The translations under genes and the position numbers were made by a program. A stretch of DNA of 64,000 nucleotides from an uncultured Candidatus Rokubacteria bacterium (lineage in GTDB: Bacteria; Methylomirabilota; Methylomirabilia; Rokubacteriales; CSP1-6), in the NCBI GenBank assembly GCA_963771355.1, contig CAVYTA010000006.1:2208001-2272000 (forward strand), given 5' to 3'. A model generated the notes under the pieces. That model ran no database searches, was not told the origin of the DNA, and saw nothing but the letters and a program-made list of their open reading frames with translations. Shown here piece after piece: positions 63,915-64,000 of the stretch; the stretch's first letter is position 1, and each line of letters begins with the position of its first letter.

Positions 63915-63943
63915 GGTTGTGCTTTCGGGTACAAACCCGCATC

Positions 63944-63973
63944 ACTCTATAAGAAGGGGCGTCCGCGTGTCAA
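63944..63973 (-). promoter_or_regulatory. Putative sigma70 promoter directly upstream of nuoL
   Basis: Minus strand perfect TTGACA, then TATAGA (16-nt spacer) or TAGAGT (18-nt spacer). Confidence 0.65.
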
Positions 63974-64000
63974 ATGCCCGGCGCACAGAGGAAATAGCGC

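Overview
High-GC bacterial chromosome window, almost entirely housekeeping genes on the minus strand. Gene content, GC level and repeat style suggest Candidatus Rokubacteria/Methylomirabilota or a similar diderm lineage (inference). In transcription order (right to left): nuoL-nuoM-nuoN; a HAD-IIA phosphatase and glpD; a 3x64-bp intergenic tandem repeat; ugpBAE, glycerophosphodiesterase and glpK; an AfuABC/FbpABC-type transporter with an embedded esterase; atpZ-atpI-atpB-atpE-rex; a small plus-strand accessory block (DUF4231/SLATT-like protein, unknown protein, OsmC, SnoaL-like); mfd, surA-like, rho; rpmE-prfA-prmC-murA-hisGDBHAF-hisIE; a lipoprotein with mlaEFD-like genes; radA, PIN/TRAM, ispDF, cysS, rlmB; tRNA-Thr/Tyr/Gly/Thr, tuf, rpmG, tRNA-Trp, secE, nusG, rplKAJL, rpoBC, rpsL, rpsG, fusA and the start of a second tuf. 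I see no CRISPR, transposase, integrase or intein. The best leads are the lower-GC SLATT plus unknown gene pair, nuoLMN with its own promoter running into glycerol-phosphate catabolism, candidate Rex operators at the atp and nuoL promoters, a 1-nt insertion producing an apparent CysS-RlmB fusion, two intergenic repeat families, and the G-skewed codon usage of tuf. No novel system is proven by sequence alone.
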